From an uncultured delta proteobacterium (GTDB lineage: Bacteria > Desulfobacterota > Binatia > Binatales > Binataceae), in contig CAWKCZ010000003.1 in NCBI GenBank assembly GCA_963848285.1, positions 964,009 through 1,028,008 on the forward strand: a DNA stretch of 64,000 bases. Reading direction: 5' to 3'. The notes under the pieces were generated by a model. That model searched no databases. It saw only the letters and a program-made list of their open reading frames with translations, and was not told the origin of the DNA. This document shows, one piece after another, positions 1-10,828 of this stretch (within the stretch, counting starts at the first letter, position 1; each line of letters starts with the position of its first letter). A program made the translations under genes and the position numbers.

Positions 1-346
1 CATCCGATCGTGACGCTTGGTGAGCACCTGATAGGTGTGCCAGTTCGCACTCTCCATCACGCGACCGACCTTCGCGATGTAGTCGGTGGGGATGTCCTCG
101 TGAAAGAGGTCGCTCATCGAATTGACGAAGATGCGTTTCGGCGTCCGCCACTTCAGAGGCATTTCCAGTTTCTCGGGCACCAGCCGGAGGTCGAATCCCT
201 GCTCGAACGGATGCCGCGGAACTCCGCGAAATCTCTCGGCGAACGTTTCGGCGTAACAATGCTTACAGCCCGGCGATGATCTTGGTGCATCCGCGCACCG
301 GATTCCACGTCGCATCGGTCCATTCGATGGGACTGCGGTCACTCAT
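1..346 (-). pseudogene. DUF5131 / phage Gp37-Gp68 family protein. Only the N-terminal part is present (it runs off the window), and the frame is broken once.
   Basis: The minus-strand ATG at 346-344 gives MSDRSPIEWTDATWNPVRGCTKI followed by a stop. Shifting one base near 275-281 restores SPGCKHCYAETFAERFRGVPRHPFEQGFDLRLVPEKLEMPLKWRTPKRIFVNSMSDLFHEDIP, the conserved Cys-rich N-terminus of this family. Confidence 0.7.
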
Positions 347-429
347 TCAGGAACGCTCTCGCCAGGCGAATATAAAGCGAATTTAGGCGATACGTCAACA
401 AACTCGGTTGGAGATGTTTCTTTGTTTCC

Positions 430-654
430 TTATGCTCTTGCAAAATCGTCGCGATCGATTTGTGCGGCGCGCAGGAGCTTTGCGAGCAAACCCACGCTGA
501 TATCGCCCTGATGAGGATTTGGAATGGTAACCGGCGGCATTCCTTCTTTCACCATATAGGCGTGCTTTCCGCCAGCGAAAGGACCGTCGTATCCGAGTCG
601 CCGCAACTTGCGGACAAACTCGCTCCGAGAACAAGGCAGAAGTCTCTCGGCCAT
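430..654 (-). CDS. hicA: HicA-family mRNA-interferase toxin (YcfA-like)
   Basis: The 74-aa ORF reads SRSEFVRKLRRLGYDGPFAGGKHAYMVKEG...TIPNPHQGDISVGLLAKLLRAAQI, a typical HicA length and motif. It lies 11 nt downstream of a HicB-like gene. Confidence 0.8.
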   Translation of the reverse strand: MAERLLPCSRSEFVRKLRRLGYDGPFAGGKHAYMVKEGMPPVTIPNPHQGDISVGLLAKLLRAAQIDRDDFARA

Positions 655-665
655 CGAGTCGGTTG

Positions 666-923
666 TTATTCGATTTTTTGCGGAGGGTCTAAGTAGCTCA
701 GTCCGTCGATGCGAGGAGGTTCATTTTTTCCAACAAAGGTATTGACGTGCAGCCAGCCGTCGAGCGCCTCGAACAGGTCCTGCTTGGCGTCTTCCACGCT
801 GCGCCCCGTAGCCCACAATCCCGGTAACTGTGGGATATAGGCAAACCATTCGCCCTCGCCTTCCATCGGCTCGATCACCGCATGCCGCATCGCAGCGCGC
901 ATATATTCCAGCACGGTTGCCAT
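666..923 (-). CDS. hicB: HicB-family antitoxin (UPF0150-type N-terminal domain)
   Basis: The 85-aa ORF contains GEWFAYIPQLPGLWATGRSVEDAKQDLFEALDGWL, characteristic of HicB/UPF0150. It is paired with hicA. Confidence 0.7.
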   Translation of the reverse strand: MATVLEYMRAAMRHAVIEPMEGEGEWFAYIPQLPGLWATGRSVEDAKQDLFEALDGWLHVNTFVGKNEPPRIDGLSYLDPPQKIE

Positions 924-960
924 GTTTCGAGCGTAGCACGCGCCAAGGGGTGATGTAAGT

Positions 961-1470
961 TTACTCGCGGGTGGGGCGGGGGCGCAGGCCTACCATGCGC
1001 ATCGAGCCGGACATCAGCGAGAAGATGATCGGAGCGATTAGCGCCGAGATCAGTGCCTGCAACGCCAGCGTCGGGAGCGCATCGTTGATGGCGATGCCGG
1101 CGGCACGACCGGAAGTTAGCGCGATGGCGCCAAATCCCGCGAGCATCACCGCGAAGAACACTACCGTCGCTCCCACCAATGCGTTGGTAACCAGCAGTCG
1201 TCTGGAAATTTCGTAGGTCACCAGGAACACGGCGGTCATCAGAAACGCATTCATGCCAAGCGTGGTGCCGGACATCGCATCGGTGGCGTACCCAATCGCA
1301 AAGGCAAGCAACGCAGGGATCGCGCCATGATGCCGCAGGCCCAGGTCGACCGTCAGGATGATGATGAGGTTCGGGATCAGCGCGCGAAACGGGAGCCACA
1401 GGGGAATCGCGGTCTGAATCAGCAGCGCGATGTAAGTTGCGATCGCAAACAGGATAACCATTCGAATCAA
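961..1470 (-). CDS. mreD: rod shape-determining protein MreD
   Basis: A 169-aa polytopic membrane ORF immediately downstream of mreC in the canonical mreB-mreC-mreD order. Confidence 0.8.
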   Translation of the reverse strand: MIRMVILFAIATYIALLIQTAIPLWLPFRALIPNLIIILTVDLGLRHHGAIPALLAFAIGYATDAMSGTTLGMNAFLMTAVFLVTYEISRRLLVTNALVGATVVFFAVMLAGFGAIALTSGRAAGIAINDALPTLALQALISALIAPIIFSLMSGSMRMVGLRPRPTRE

Positions 1471-1474
1471 CTCG

Positions 1475-2335
1475 CTAGCTCTTGGGCGCCGGCACCGGAA
1501 GTGTGGCCGGCTGTTCGGGCAATTGAGTTATCACCAGCACCTGCTCGAGCTCGCGAAAATCCACCGCCGGTGCGATCGATACATTGAGGAACATGCCGGG
1601 CCCTTCGCCATTCACGCCCTTGATGCTTCCGATAAGCAGCCCGCGTGGAAAAATGCCATCCAGTCCCGAAGTCACGATGACGTCGCCGGGCTTAACCTCC
1701 TGCGAACGCTGCACGTACTTCATAGTCAGGCCGTCATCGACCACGCCCGCGACGATGCCGCGCGCACGGGTGCGCTGATCGAACGAGTCCAGCGCGGAGT
1801 TATGATCATCGATGACTAACACTCGCGCGGCGTGCGCGCTGACCGTGATCACTTTGCCGACCACGCCCTGGAATGACAGCACCGCCATGCCGGGACGCAG
1901 ACCGCTGGTGGAGCCCTGGCTGATGACGAGGGTGCGCGCGAGGCCCGAGGCGTCGCTGCCGATAACATTGGCGGCAACCGAGCTACCTCCCATCGCGTCG
2001 CGAAGATCCAGCAGCTCCGACAGATGGCGATTTTCGGTTTCCAGCTCGACCAGCCGGCTCTGACTGGTCTTGAGTTCGGCGAGCTCGGCCTTAAGCCGCT
2101 CGTTCTCGCTCCGCACATTAATGAGGTCGAAGTAGTTGCGCACGAAGCCGGTGCTGCCATGCGCGATGCGATCGATGGCGTCCTGAACCGGACTTAGCGC
2201 GGTCAGCATCAGGCTCGCCGGTCGCGACGCGATACTGCCCGGCTTCACTCCACTCGTCACCAGGTGAAGCGACAGGATCATCAGCACTCCGCTGGTAAGC
2301 CCAACGCGGTAGCGCCAAAGAAGTGTACCTTTCAC
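1475..2335 (-). CDS. mreC: rod shape-determining protein MreC
   Basis: The 286-aa ORF has an N-terminal TM segment, a coiled coil (ENERLKAELAELKTSQSRLVELETENRHL) and beta-barrel repeats (GMAVLSFQGVVGKVITV, GDVIVTSGLDGIFPRGLLIG). Confidence 0.9.
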   Translation of the reverse strand: MKGTLLWRYRVGLTSGVLMILSLHLVTSGVKPGSIASRPASLMLTALSPVQDAIDRIAHGSTGFVRNYFDLINVRSENERLKAELAELKTSQSRLVELETENRHLSELLDLRDAMGGSSVAANVIGSDASGLARTLVISQGSTSGLRPGMAVLSFQGVVGKVITVSAHAARVLVIDDHNSALDSFDQRTRARGIVAGVVDDGLTMKYVQRSQEVKPGDVIVTSGLDGIFPRGLLIGSIKGVNGEGPGMFLNVSIAPAVDFRELEQVLVITQLPEQPATLPVPAPKS

Positions 2336-2377
2336 GTATGCGCCCTGACCCCCGGGAGCAGCGCCACGCGCGCCCGT

Positions 2378-3454
<1,077 letters not shown>

Positions 3455-3634
3455 TTATGTGAACATCCTAGCGGCGCGCGAGAAAACCAGAACAGGAAGG
3501 CCAACCCCAAGGCGTCAAGCAAAAGACGCGCCCCGCCCCAATTACCCGAGGCTCAGGTTACAGAGTACGATGAGTACAGGCAAGTAAACGGCCTATTTGG
3601 CGTTGAAAATAACCTCAAGTATGATTGGTGTCCC

Positions 3635-5566
3635 ATGTTAGATCGAATGCGCAATCGCGCCCGTTCAACCACTGTCAAAGTGCTGTTCGGGGTCCTCATA
3701 TTGGTCTTTGCTTTTTGGGGTGTCGGGGGGCTCGCCAGCATGCGCGTGCATCCGATCGCCAGCGTCAACGGCAATCGCATCCTCGCTTCCGAAATCGATA
3801 ACGAAAGCCAGCGGATGCGCCGCACCTTGACTCAGATGTATGGACCGAGCGCGGATCAGATTCTCAAGAGCATCAATCTGCGCCAGGAAGCTTTGAACCA
3901 GATTATCGAGCAGCGCCTTATCGCCGAGGAAGCGCGGCATCTTGGGATCCGGGTCAGCGACCAATCGCTCGCCGAAAAAATTGCCGCCGACCCCAACTTC
4001 CAGGAGGGTGGCAGCTTCGATCCCAAACGCTACGAGGATCTTCTGCACGCGAACAATCTGCTGCCCAGTGACTACGAAAATTCCATGCGCACCTCGATGA
4101 TGCAGGAAGCCCTGCGCCATATGGTTGATGAGGGGGTGCAGATCAGCGATGCCGACGCGCGCCACGTCTACGATCTGCGCAATGAAAAGGTGACGCTCGC
4201 CTACGTCCGCATCCCGTCCCAGGACTTCGTCGCGAAGATTTCTCCCACTCCCAAACAGATCGAGGACTACTACAACTCGCACAAGGACGAGTTCCGCGAG
4301 CCCGAACGCATCAAGGTGTCCTACCTTCATTACGATCCCGCGCTGCTCGCCGCCAAGGTGACCCCCTCGGATAAGGAAATCGAGGACTACTACAAGGACA
4401 ATCAGAAGAAGCTCTTCTCCCATCCCGATGAGGTTCATGCGCGCCACATCCTGTTCGAGGTTCCCTCCGGCGCGACCGAGCAGCAGAAAGCCAAGGCCAA
4501 GGAAAAGGCCGAGGACACCATGAAGCAGCTTCGTAAGGGCGCTGACTTCGCGAAACTCGCCAAGCAGTACTCGCAGGATCCTTCGACCGCGCCGGAAGGC
4601 GGCGACCTTGGAACCTTCGGCCGCGGTCAGATGATCAAACCCTTCGAGGATGCGGTCTTCTCGATGAAGCCCGGCGAGTTGCGGCTGGTCGAAACCAAGT
4701 TCGGTTTTCATGATGTACGGCTCGAATCCACCACCCCTGCGCATGTCGACAAGCTCGAAGTGGTGCGCCCGAAGATCATCGAAAACCTGCGCGCCGAGAC
4801 CGGTGCGAAGATGGGTCGGCAGGCGCTCGACCAGGACGTGACGGCCGCGGTCGACGGCGCGAATTTGGCGGATCTCGCGAAGAAGCGCGGCCTCGAAGTC
4901 GTCGATACCCCATCGTTCTCGCGCGCCGATGCCGCCAACGTGCTGCATGATCAAAGGCTGACCGATGCTGCCTTCAAGCTCCAACTGGGTAAGGTGCGCG
5001 CGGTGCCCGGCGAAAAAGGTTCGGCACCCTATCTGATCAAATTGATCTCACTCGAGCCCGAGCACGTGCCGCCTTTGAAAGATGTCGAGGCCAAGGTACG
5101 CGAAGCATACCTCCAGACCACGGCCGAGGCGCAGGCGCGCGCGAAGGCGCAGGATCTCCTCAAGCAGATGAAGACTGCCGACGACTTCGACAAGATCGCC
5201 AAAGCCAACAATCTCGCGATCCATCAGACCGATTCCTTCCTGCGCTCCAGCGAGACCGTCCCTGACCTTGGATCATTTCCCGAAGTGACCGAGGCGGCCG
5301 GCACCGTGGCCAAGGTTCCCGGTGTAATCGACCGGGTCATGCAGAACAAGGGCGATGCCTACCTCTTCGAGTTAGTCGAGCGGACCGCGCCTTCGGAAGA
5401 CGATTGGAAAGCCGCGGAGAAGGACTTTACCGGAGAATTCGCACAGCAACGGCGCGCCGACGCATGGCAACGGTTCATCGAGGCCTTGAAGTCGCGCGCC
5501 AAAATTACCGTCGATGCCACCCAGCTCGCCCAAGCCGGACCTGCTTCGGCACCGTTTGACGACTAG
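3635..5566 (+). CDS. ppiD: periplasmic chaperone / peptidyl-prolyl isomerase, PpiD-like (SurA_N region plus parvulin domain)
   Basis: This is the in-frame ATG at 3635 inside the 1100-aa track ORF. It has an N-terminal TM anchor (VKVLFGVLILVFAFWGVGG) and a parvulin domain (VHARHILFEV...GGDLGTFGRGQMIKPFEDAVFSMKPGELRLVETKFGFH). The part of the track ORF upstream of 3635 is antisense to mreB. Confidence 0.8.
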   Translation: MLDRMRNRARSTTVKVLFGVLILVFAFWGVGGLASMRVHPIASVNGNRILASEIDNESQRMRRTLTQMYGPSADQILKSINLRQEALNQIIEQRLIAEEARHLGIRVSDQSLAEKIAADPNFQEGGSFDPKRYEDLLHANNLLPSDYENSMRTSMMQEALRHMVDEGVQISDADARHVYDLRNEKVTLAYVRIPSQDFVAKISPTPKQIEDYYNSHKDEFREPERIKVSYLHYDPALLAAKVTPSDKEIEDYYKDNQKKLFSHPDEVHARHILFEVPSGATEQQKAKAKEKAEDTMKQLRKGADFAKLAKQYSQDPSTAPEGGDLGTFGRGQMIKPFEDAVFSMKPGELRLVETKFGFHDVRLESTTPAHVDKLEVVRPKIIENLRAETGAKMGRQALDQDVTAAVDGANLADLAKKRGLEVVDTPSFSRADAANVLHDQRLTDAAFKLQLGKVRAVPGEKGSAPYLIKLISLEPEHVPPLKDVEAKVREAYLQTTAEAQARAKAQDLLKQMKTADDFDKIAKANNLAIHQTDSFLRSSETVPDLGSFPEVTEAAGTVAKVPGVIDRVMQNKGDAYLFELVERTAPSEDDWKAAEKDFTGEFAQQRRADAWQRFIEALKSRAKITVDATQLAQAGPASAPFDD

Positions 5567-5570
5567 CGGC

Positions 5571-6392
5571 GTGAGTTCCACCGACAGCCCTCCGTCGCGG
5601 GCAAAGGTCGACATCTCGGAGTTCTTCTTCGACGGCGCGGGGCTCAGCGCACTGCTCATCCACGGCCTCACCGGAACGCCTTACGAGATGCGCTATCTGG
5701 GCGAGCGCCTCGCCGCGCAAGGGATTCGTGTGCGCGGCGTGCGGCTGGCCGGCCACGCCACGGCGCCCGAGGAGATGGGGAAGGCGACCGCGGAGAATTG
5801 GTACGAGAGCGTGGTGCGCGGCTTCGAGGAGCTGCGCGCGTACGGCGATCCCAACATCGTGATCGGACTCTCATGCGGTGCGGTGCTGGCGGCGCGCCTT
5901 GCCGCGGATCAACCCACCGCAGTTTCGGGACTGGTGATGCTGGCGCCCGCGTTCTTTCTGCCGTGGCGGCAAACGTTAGTGCTTAAAATAGTTGCGCAAC
6001 TCGGCGCGCTCACCAGGCGCATCTATTTGCAATATGACGGACTCTCCGACATTCACGATCAGGCTGCCGTGATGGTCCATCCGACCTGCAGGCTGATGCC
6101 CCTGAGTGCGCCGATCGAACTGCTGAAGCTTTCAGCGATTGTGCGTCCCCGACTTGAGCACATCAGGCAGCCCGCGCTGATCATGCATGGCGTTCAGGAT
6201 CATACCTGCCCGCAGCCACGCAACCTCAATTTCGTAATGCAGCATCTGGGCAGCGCACAGAAGCATGCGATCACGCTCGACGAAAGCTTCCATGTCATCA
6301 CGGTCGATAGCGACCGGGAACGGGTGGTGAGCGAGGTGCTGGCCTTCGCGGAGCAATTCCGCGCATCTCGTCTGCACAGCGCCAACGCCTGA
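5571..6392 (+). CDS. alpha/beta-fold hydrolase (esterase/lipase family)
   Basis: The ORF has an oxyanion-hole region (LLIHGLTGTP), a nucleophile elbow (GLSCGA, i.e. GxSxG) and a C-terminal His region (ESFHVIT). I chose the GTG at 5571 as start because the ATG at 5514 overlaps the ppiD 3' end; the start is uncertain. Confidence 0.7.
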   Translation: MSSTDSPPSRAKVDISEFFFDGAGLSALLIHGLTGTPYEMRYLGERLAAQGIRVRGVRLAGHATAPEEMGKATAENWYESVVRGFEELRAYGDPNIVIGLSCGAVLAARLAADQPTAVSGLVMLAPAFFLPWRQTLVLKIVAQLGALTRRIYLQYDGLSDIHDQAAVMVHPTCRLMPLSAPIELLKLSAIVRPRLEHIRQPALIMHGVQDHTCPQPRNLNFVMQHLGSAQKHAITLDESFHVITVDSDRERVVSEVLAFAEQFRASRLHSANA

Positions 6393-6505
6393 CTCTTCAC
6401 AATCGTAACGGCCCGCAGCACTCCCGTCGTCTTTTGGTAACACTCCCGTAACGCTCGCTTGATAGCCTAGCGCCGCGCGAATTTGAGGGAGGGGCCGCAG
6501 GCATT

Positions 6506-7111
6506 ATGAAGAAAGGTTGGTCGTTGGTAGCGGCGATGTTGGCCGTGGTTACGATGTTGTGGTGGTCAGCAAGCACGCCCGCGTTCGCGGCGAAAGCTCC
6601 CAGGATCGCCGCGCCCAAAAGCTTCGAGGCGGATTTCAGCTACCAGGTCGGAGGTAATCCCCCCGAGCGCGGGCGAATGTACTTTTCGCATGGGCGGATT
6701 CGCGAAGAGATAACCCCCGCAGGTGGCGGACCCAAATCGGTTACCATCATCGATCCGTTACAGAAGATGATCTACGTGCTGGATGCGGACAAGAAGAACT
6801 TCAAGCTCCTGCCATGGGATGCGCGGTCGGCGCTCATCTCGGAAGCGCTAAGGAGGTTCGAGAAGCATAAGCTGCTGGATACCAAAACGATCGAGGGGCA
6901 GGAATGCGAGCACTTTGAAATCGTCCCGCGGGACAAGAACATCAAGCCGTTCTATTTGTTCGTAAATAAGACGACGCGGTTTCCAGTTCAGCTCACCACC
7001 GTCGATCCTGATCCGTCAAAACAAATCCACCTTACCTGGAGCAACCTCACCCCCGGTTACCAGGCCGCAATTCTTTTCAATCCCCCGTTGGGATATGCCG
7101 AAGTGAAGTAG
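6506..7111 (+). CDS. secreted hypothetical protein
   Basis: A 201-aa ORF with a signal peptide (MKKGWSLVAAMLAVVTMLWWSASTPAFAA) preceded by a GGGAGGGG Shine-Dalgarno sequence. I recognise no family motif. Confidence 0.55.
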   Translation: MKKGWSLVAAMLAVVTMLWWSASTPAFAAKAPRIAAPKSFEADFSYQVGGNPPERGRMYFSHGRIREEITPAGGGPKSVTIIDPLQKMIYVLDADKKNFKLLPWDARSALISEALRRFEKHKLLDTKTIEGQECEHFEIVPRDKNIKPFYLFVNKTTRFPVQLTTVDPDPSKQIHLTWSNLTPGYQAAILFNPPLGYAEVK

Positions 7112-7128
7112 GGCTTGTGAAGCGCCGC

Positions 7129-7458
7129 TCAGCTCTGCGTGCGGGCGGCATCGTAGTACTCTTCCATCAAGTACTTTACGTCGGGGCGATTGAGGACCTC
7201 GATGAAGCAGATTTCATTGGCGGCGTTGAGGTCGACGATGAGCATCCCTTCCATCGCCGGAAGCTCGACGTGATTGTGAACCTTGACCTCGGCGGCGGTC
7301 GCGAAGCTCGAACAGTTTTCATCGCCACAATCGCATACTGACTCGATGCGCAATTTCGGTAATTGCTCGACCAGCGGATCGGCGCCCGCTTCGCGCAGCA
7401 GTGCTGCCATTTCATCGAGCAAATCGGGAAGAACGTCGCTTACCATCGGTGCCGCCAT
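7129..7458 (-). CDS. small acidic hypothetical protein
   Basis: A 109-aa ORF with a CDCGDENC motif and no recognisable family. Coding status rests on ORF length and its position in an otherwise empty interval. Confidence 0.4.
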   Translation of the reverse strand: MAAPMVSDVLPDLLDEMAALLREAGADPLVEQLPKLRIESVCDCGDENCSSFATAAEVKVHNHVELPAMEGMLIVDLNAANEICFIEVLNRPDVKYLMEEYYDAARTQS

Positions 7459-7585
7459 AGTGCATCAAGCCTAGTTGCCGCTTGATGCCGCGTCAAAGCA
7501 GGGCGAATTGACGTAAATCGATTGGTGTGAAAACCTCGATGCAGTCAGTTCGCGGGAAAGCAGGATCCCGCAGGATGTCGAGAGG

Positions 7586-8464
7586 ATGATGATGCGGCAA
7601 ATTCTGCGCTCCCGGTTTCTTTTCATTCCAACCGTCAAATCCATCGCCCGCGTGACGACCCTAGCGGCCCTGTTGGTCGTGACGGCTCGATCGATCGCGC
7701 CGGCAGCCCTGGTATGCAGCAAGACCGTGCGTAACTGCGGATGCTCGATCAACTCCGCAGGTGTTTACACCGTTGCGCAGGATCTGAGCTTCGCCGCGGG
7801 CGGCGGCGATTGCCTTTCAATCAATGCCAAGAATGTGGTGTTGAACCTCAATGGCCACAACATTACCGGGCCTGGCAAATCCTCTAACGCGGCTGGAGTC
7901 CATGTGCGCAAGGTTGCGACCGTGACGGTCGAGGGGCAAGGTACCGCGTCCCAGCACGCGATCCTCAGCGGATGGTATTACGGCATCGAGAACGACGGCA
8001 ACGCGGTGCTCATCCAGAACGTCGACGTCACGGGGAATAACGCCGCGGGGGTATTCTTCTTCAAAGCGGGCAATAGCGAGCTGGTGAACTTCAATGCCTC
8101 GAACAATTCCGGCTACGGCGTGTGGCTGCGCGCGGGAAGCAACATCCAGATCGGCTCCGGCACTACCTCGGCGAATCAGTCCGATGGGGTTTTCCTCGGA
8201 TGCGTGGGGAACGGCAAAGGCGGTTGCCTGGGCGGCGGCGGGAAGGCGAATTCGAATTACGTTTATGGTGTGACCACCACCAATAACGGGGGCGGGGGCA
8301 TCACCGTCCAGTTCAATAGCGATTTCAATCAGATCGGAACCTGTACCGCATCCGGCAACACCGGCAGCGATTTGATCGACCGGAATCCGGGCGCCAACAA
8401 CTGCGCGCATGATCTCTGGTATGCGAACACCGCCGGCTCGGTAAACAAATCCTGCATTCAGTAG
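7586..8464 (+). CDS. secreted right-handed parallel beta-helix repeat protein (NosD/pectate-lyase-like fold)
   Basis: The ORF has a signal/anchor segment (VTTLAALLVVTARSIAPAAL). Repeated ~22-aa turns follow, with G-x-N / N-N-x-G-x-G-v patterns (NLNGHNITGPG, VDVTGNNAAGVFF, NASNNSGYGVWL, TSANQSDGVFL, TTTNNGGGGITV). Confidence 0.65.
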   Translation: MMMRQILRSRFLFIPTVKSIARVTTLAALLVVTARSIAPAALVCSKTVRNCGCSINSAGVYTVAQDLSFAAGGGDCLSINAKNVVLNLNGHNITGPGKSSNAAGVHVRKVATVTVEGQGTASQHAILSGWYYGIENDGNAVLIQNVDVTGNNAAGVFFFKAGNSELVNFNASNNSGYGVWLRAGSNIQIGSGTTSANQSDGVFLGCVGNGKGGCLGGGGKANSNYVYGVTTTNNGGGGITVQFNSDFNQIGTCTASGNTGSDLIDRNPGANNCAHDLWYANTAGSVNKSCIQ

Positions 8465-8471
8465 TGCGAAG

Positions 8472-9140
8472 CTAGACTCCGCGCGTTTCCGGCGGCCAGA
8501 TGTGCTTATGCATCTGGAGCTGAAAGCGCACCGGCAGGCGATCTTCGAGAATCCATTCTGCTAACTGCTTGCGATCGAGGCGATCGAACACGCAGCTCAT
8601 CAGTACGGCGTTGACCCGCGCCGCGAGGTTGTGTTCGCGAATCATCGCGCGCGCCCATTCGTAATCCGCGCGATCGCTGAGCACGAACTTCACTTCATCG
8701 CGCGCGGTGAGATGCTCCAGGTTGCTCCACAGATTGCGCGTCCCTTCGCCGCTCCCGGGGCATTTCAGATCCATCACTTTGATGACGCGTGGATTGAGCC
8801 GCGAGACGTCGGAGGCGCCCGAGGTTTCGATCATCACGGTGCGGCCCTGCGCCAGCAATTCCGCGATCAGTTGATGCACGCCATCCTGCAGGAGCGGTTC
8901 GCCGCCGGTGATCTCGACCAGGTTGCATTGATACGCTTCGAGCTGCGCGAGGATTTCTTCGACCGTCATCTTGCGGCCGTCGTAAAACGCGTACTCGGTA
9001 TCGCAATAGTTGCAGCGCAGGTTGCATCCGGTCAGCCGCACGAATGCGCACGGGCGTCCAGCATAGGTCGATTCGCCCTGGATGCTGAAAAAGATTTCGT
9101 TGATGACCAACCGCGGCTGGCCTCGCTCGACGGCTGACAT
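8472..9140 (-). CDS. queE: 7-carboxy-7-deazaguanine synthase QueE (radical SAM)
   Basis: The 222-aa ORF contains INEIFFSIQGESTYAGRPCAFVRLTGCNLRCNYCDT (CxxxCxxC cluster) and EITGGEPLLQ. Confidence 0.9.
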   Translation of the reverse strand: MSAVERGQPRLVINEIFFSIQGESTYAGRPCAFVRLTGCNLRCNYCDTEYAFYDGRKMTVEEILAQLEAYQCNLVEITGGEPLLQDGVHQLIAELLAQGRTVMIETSGASDVSRLNPRVIKVMDLKCPGSGEGTRNLWSNLEHLTARDEVKFVLSDRADYEWARAMIREHNLAARVNAVLMSCVFDRLDRKQLAEWILEDRLPVRFQLQMHKHIWPPETRGV

Positions 9141-9141
9141 A

Positions 9142-10348
9142 CTAATGATGATGTCCGTGCTGATGGTGATGGGCGGGCGCTTCGAGGCTGGCGAGCGCGG
9201 CGGCGCGGGTTTCCTCCATCACGGTTTTGAGCGGAACGTTATGAGTAGTCGGCGATTTTGCGGCAGTCCTCATATTCCGGGGTCGCGGTCATCGCACCGT
9301 CACCCTCGGAAAATTTCACCTTGATGCGGCCCCATCGCGTCTCGACCTCGCGGATTTCACGACGCAATTTGAGGCGCGCCACCGGATGAAAGCGCACTCC
9401 GATAGTCGAGGTTTCGGCGAACAGGATTTTCGCGAGCGCATCGCGGCGCGCAGCCTCGGCCAGCACCGTAATCGTGATCGCAGGCCTGCCCTTCTTCATG
9501 ATGATGGGAGTCAGGGTCACGTCACGCGCGCCCGCGCTGAACAGCCGCTCCATCACATGATCATAGATTTGTGGATTGAGGTCGTCGATGTTGGCGGAAA
9601 TTTCCAGCAACTCGTCGGTCTCGAGCGCGCCACGTTCGCGGCCGATCATGATGCGCAGCACGTTGGGACGATCCTCGTACTCGCGGGTCCCCGCGCCGTA
9701 GCCGATTTTCTCGATTTCGAAATTGAGCGGGAGCGGCGCCGAACGTCCGAGCGCGCGCAGCACCGCGGCTCCCGTCGGCGTGACCATCTCGGCGGGCCCA
9801 TCGCCCATCCGCACCGTGAATCCCGCGAGGAGTTCCGCCGTGGCGGGCGCCGGCACCGGAATGATCCCATGCTGCGAGCGCGCAAAGCCCGATCCCATCG
9901 GCAGGGGCGATACCAGCAATTCGCCGACGCCTAATTCCTCGAGCGCCCACGCGGTCCCAACGATATCCATGATCGAATCGACCGCACCGACCTCGTGGAA
10001 GTGAACGTGCTCGGGCGTGGTGTGATGCACTTTGGCTTCGGCCTCGGCGAGCACTTCGAAAATCGCACGCGCACGACGCTTCGCGGCCATGCCGATCGAC
10101 GATGCCTCGATCATCTCGACGATTTGCCCGAGATGACGCTGCGGTTGCGCCTCCATCACCTCGACGTCGAACTTGATCGCGGCGATTCCGCTCACCGTCT
10201 TGCGCCCACACGAAAGCCGCGATCCCTTCAACGGAAGTGTCGCGAGGGCACCTTCGAGTTGCTTGAAGTCGACGCCGGCGTCGAGTAGCGCGCCTACCAG
10301 CATGTCGCCGGAGAGGCCCGAGAAGGCGTCGAGATAAGCGGTCTTCAT
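9142..10348 (-). pseudogene. larC: nickel-pincer cofactor biosynthesis protein LarC (DUF111), with the frame broken near the 3' end
   Basis: The N-terminus MKTAYLDAFSGLSGDMLVGALLDAG and the motifs HFHEVGAVDSIMDIVG and MKKGRPA are typical of LarC. The track ORF stops at 9239 (CRKIADYS). Shifting frame near 9245 continues as HNVPLKTVMEETRAAALASLEAPAHHHQHGHHH and stops at 9144-9142. Confidence 0.8.
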
Positions 10349-10420
10349 GGGGTTTATCTTTACATACTAGCGGGCTCGAAGTACGATCCGATACTTGGTT
10401 TTCTGCCGCAGCGGCAGCCG

Positions 10421-10780
10421 ATGAGACAGCGAGAATTAAAGGTCTTTCGCAAGCTCCTCGAAGAGCGCAAACGCGACATCCTGACGGAGGCCGAGCGCGC
10501 CGTCGGTGCAATGAATCATCCGCCCGAAGATACACTGGCTGACCCGACCGACCGCGCATCAGTGGAGTCGGATCGCATCTTCCTTTTGCGGATGAAGGAT
10601 CGCGAGCGCAAGTTGCTTGGCAAAATCGACGAAGCCTTCGCGCGGCTGCACGATGGCAGCTACGGGCGCTGCGAGGAATGCGGTGGAGAAATCGGCGTCG
10701 AGCGGTTGCGCGCGCGGCCGGTTACCACGCTATGCATCCAGTGCAAGTCCGAGCAGGAAGAGCGCGAGAAGCACGCCTGA
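10421..10780 (+). CDS. DksA/TraR-family C4 zinc-finger protein
   Basis: The 119-aa ORF has a coiled-coil N-terminus and CEECGGEIGVERLRARPVTTLCIQC (CxxC-N17-CxxC). Confidence 0.85.
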   Translation: MRQRELKVFRKLLEERKRDILTEAERAVGAMNHPPEDTLADPTDRASVESDRIFLLRMKDRERKLLGKIDEAFARLHDGSYGRCEECGGEIGVERLRARPVTTLCIQCKSEQEEREKHA

Positions 10781-10828
10781 CCGGTCCCTCAATCATCAAG
10801 CTCAGGAACCCGCTATACCGGATATCAA

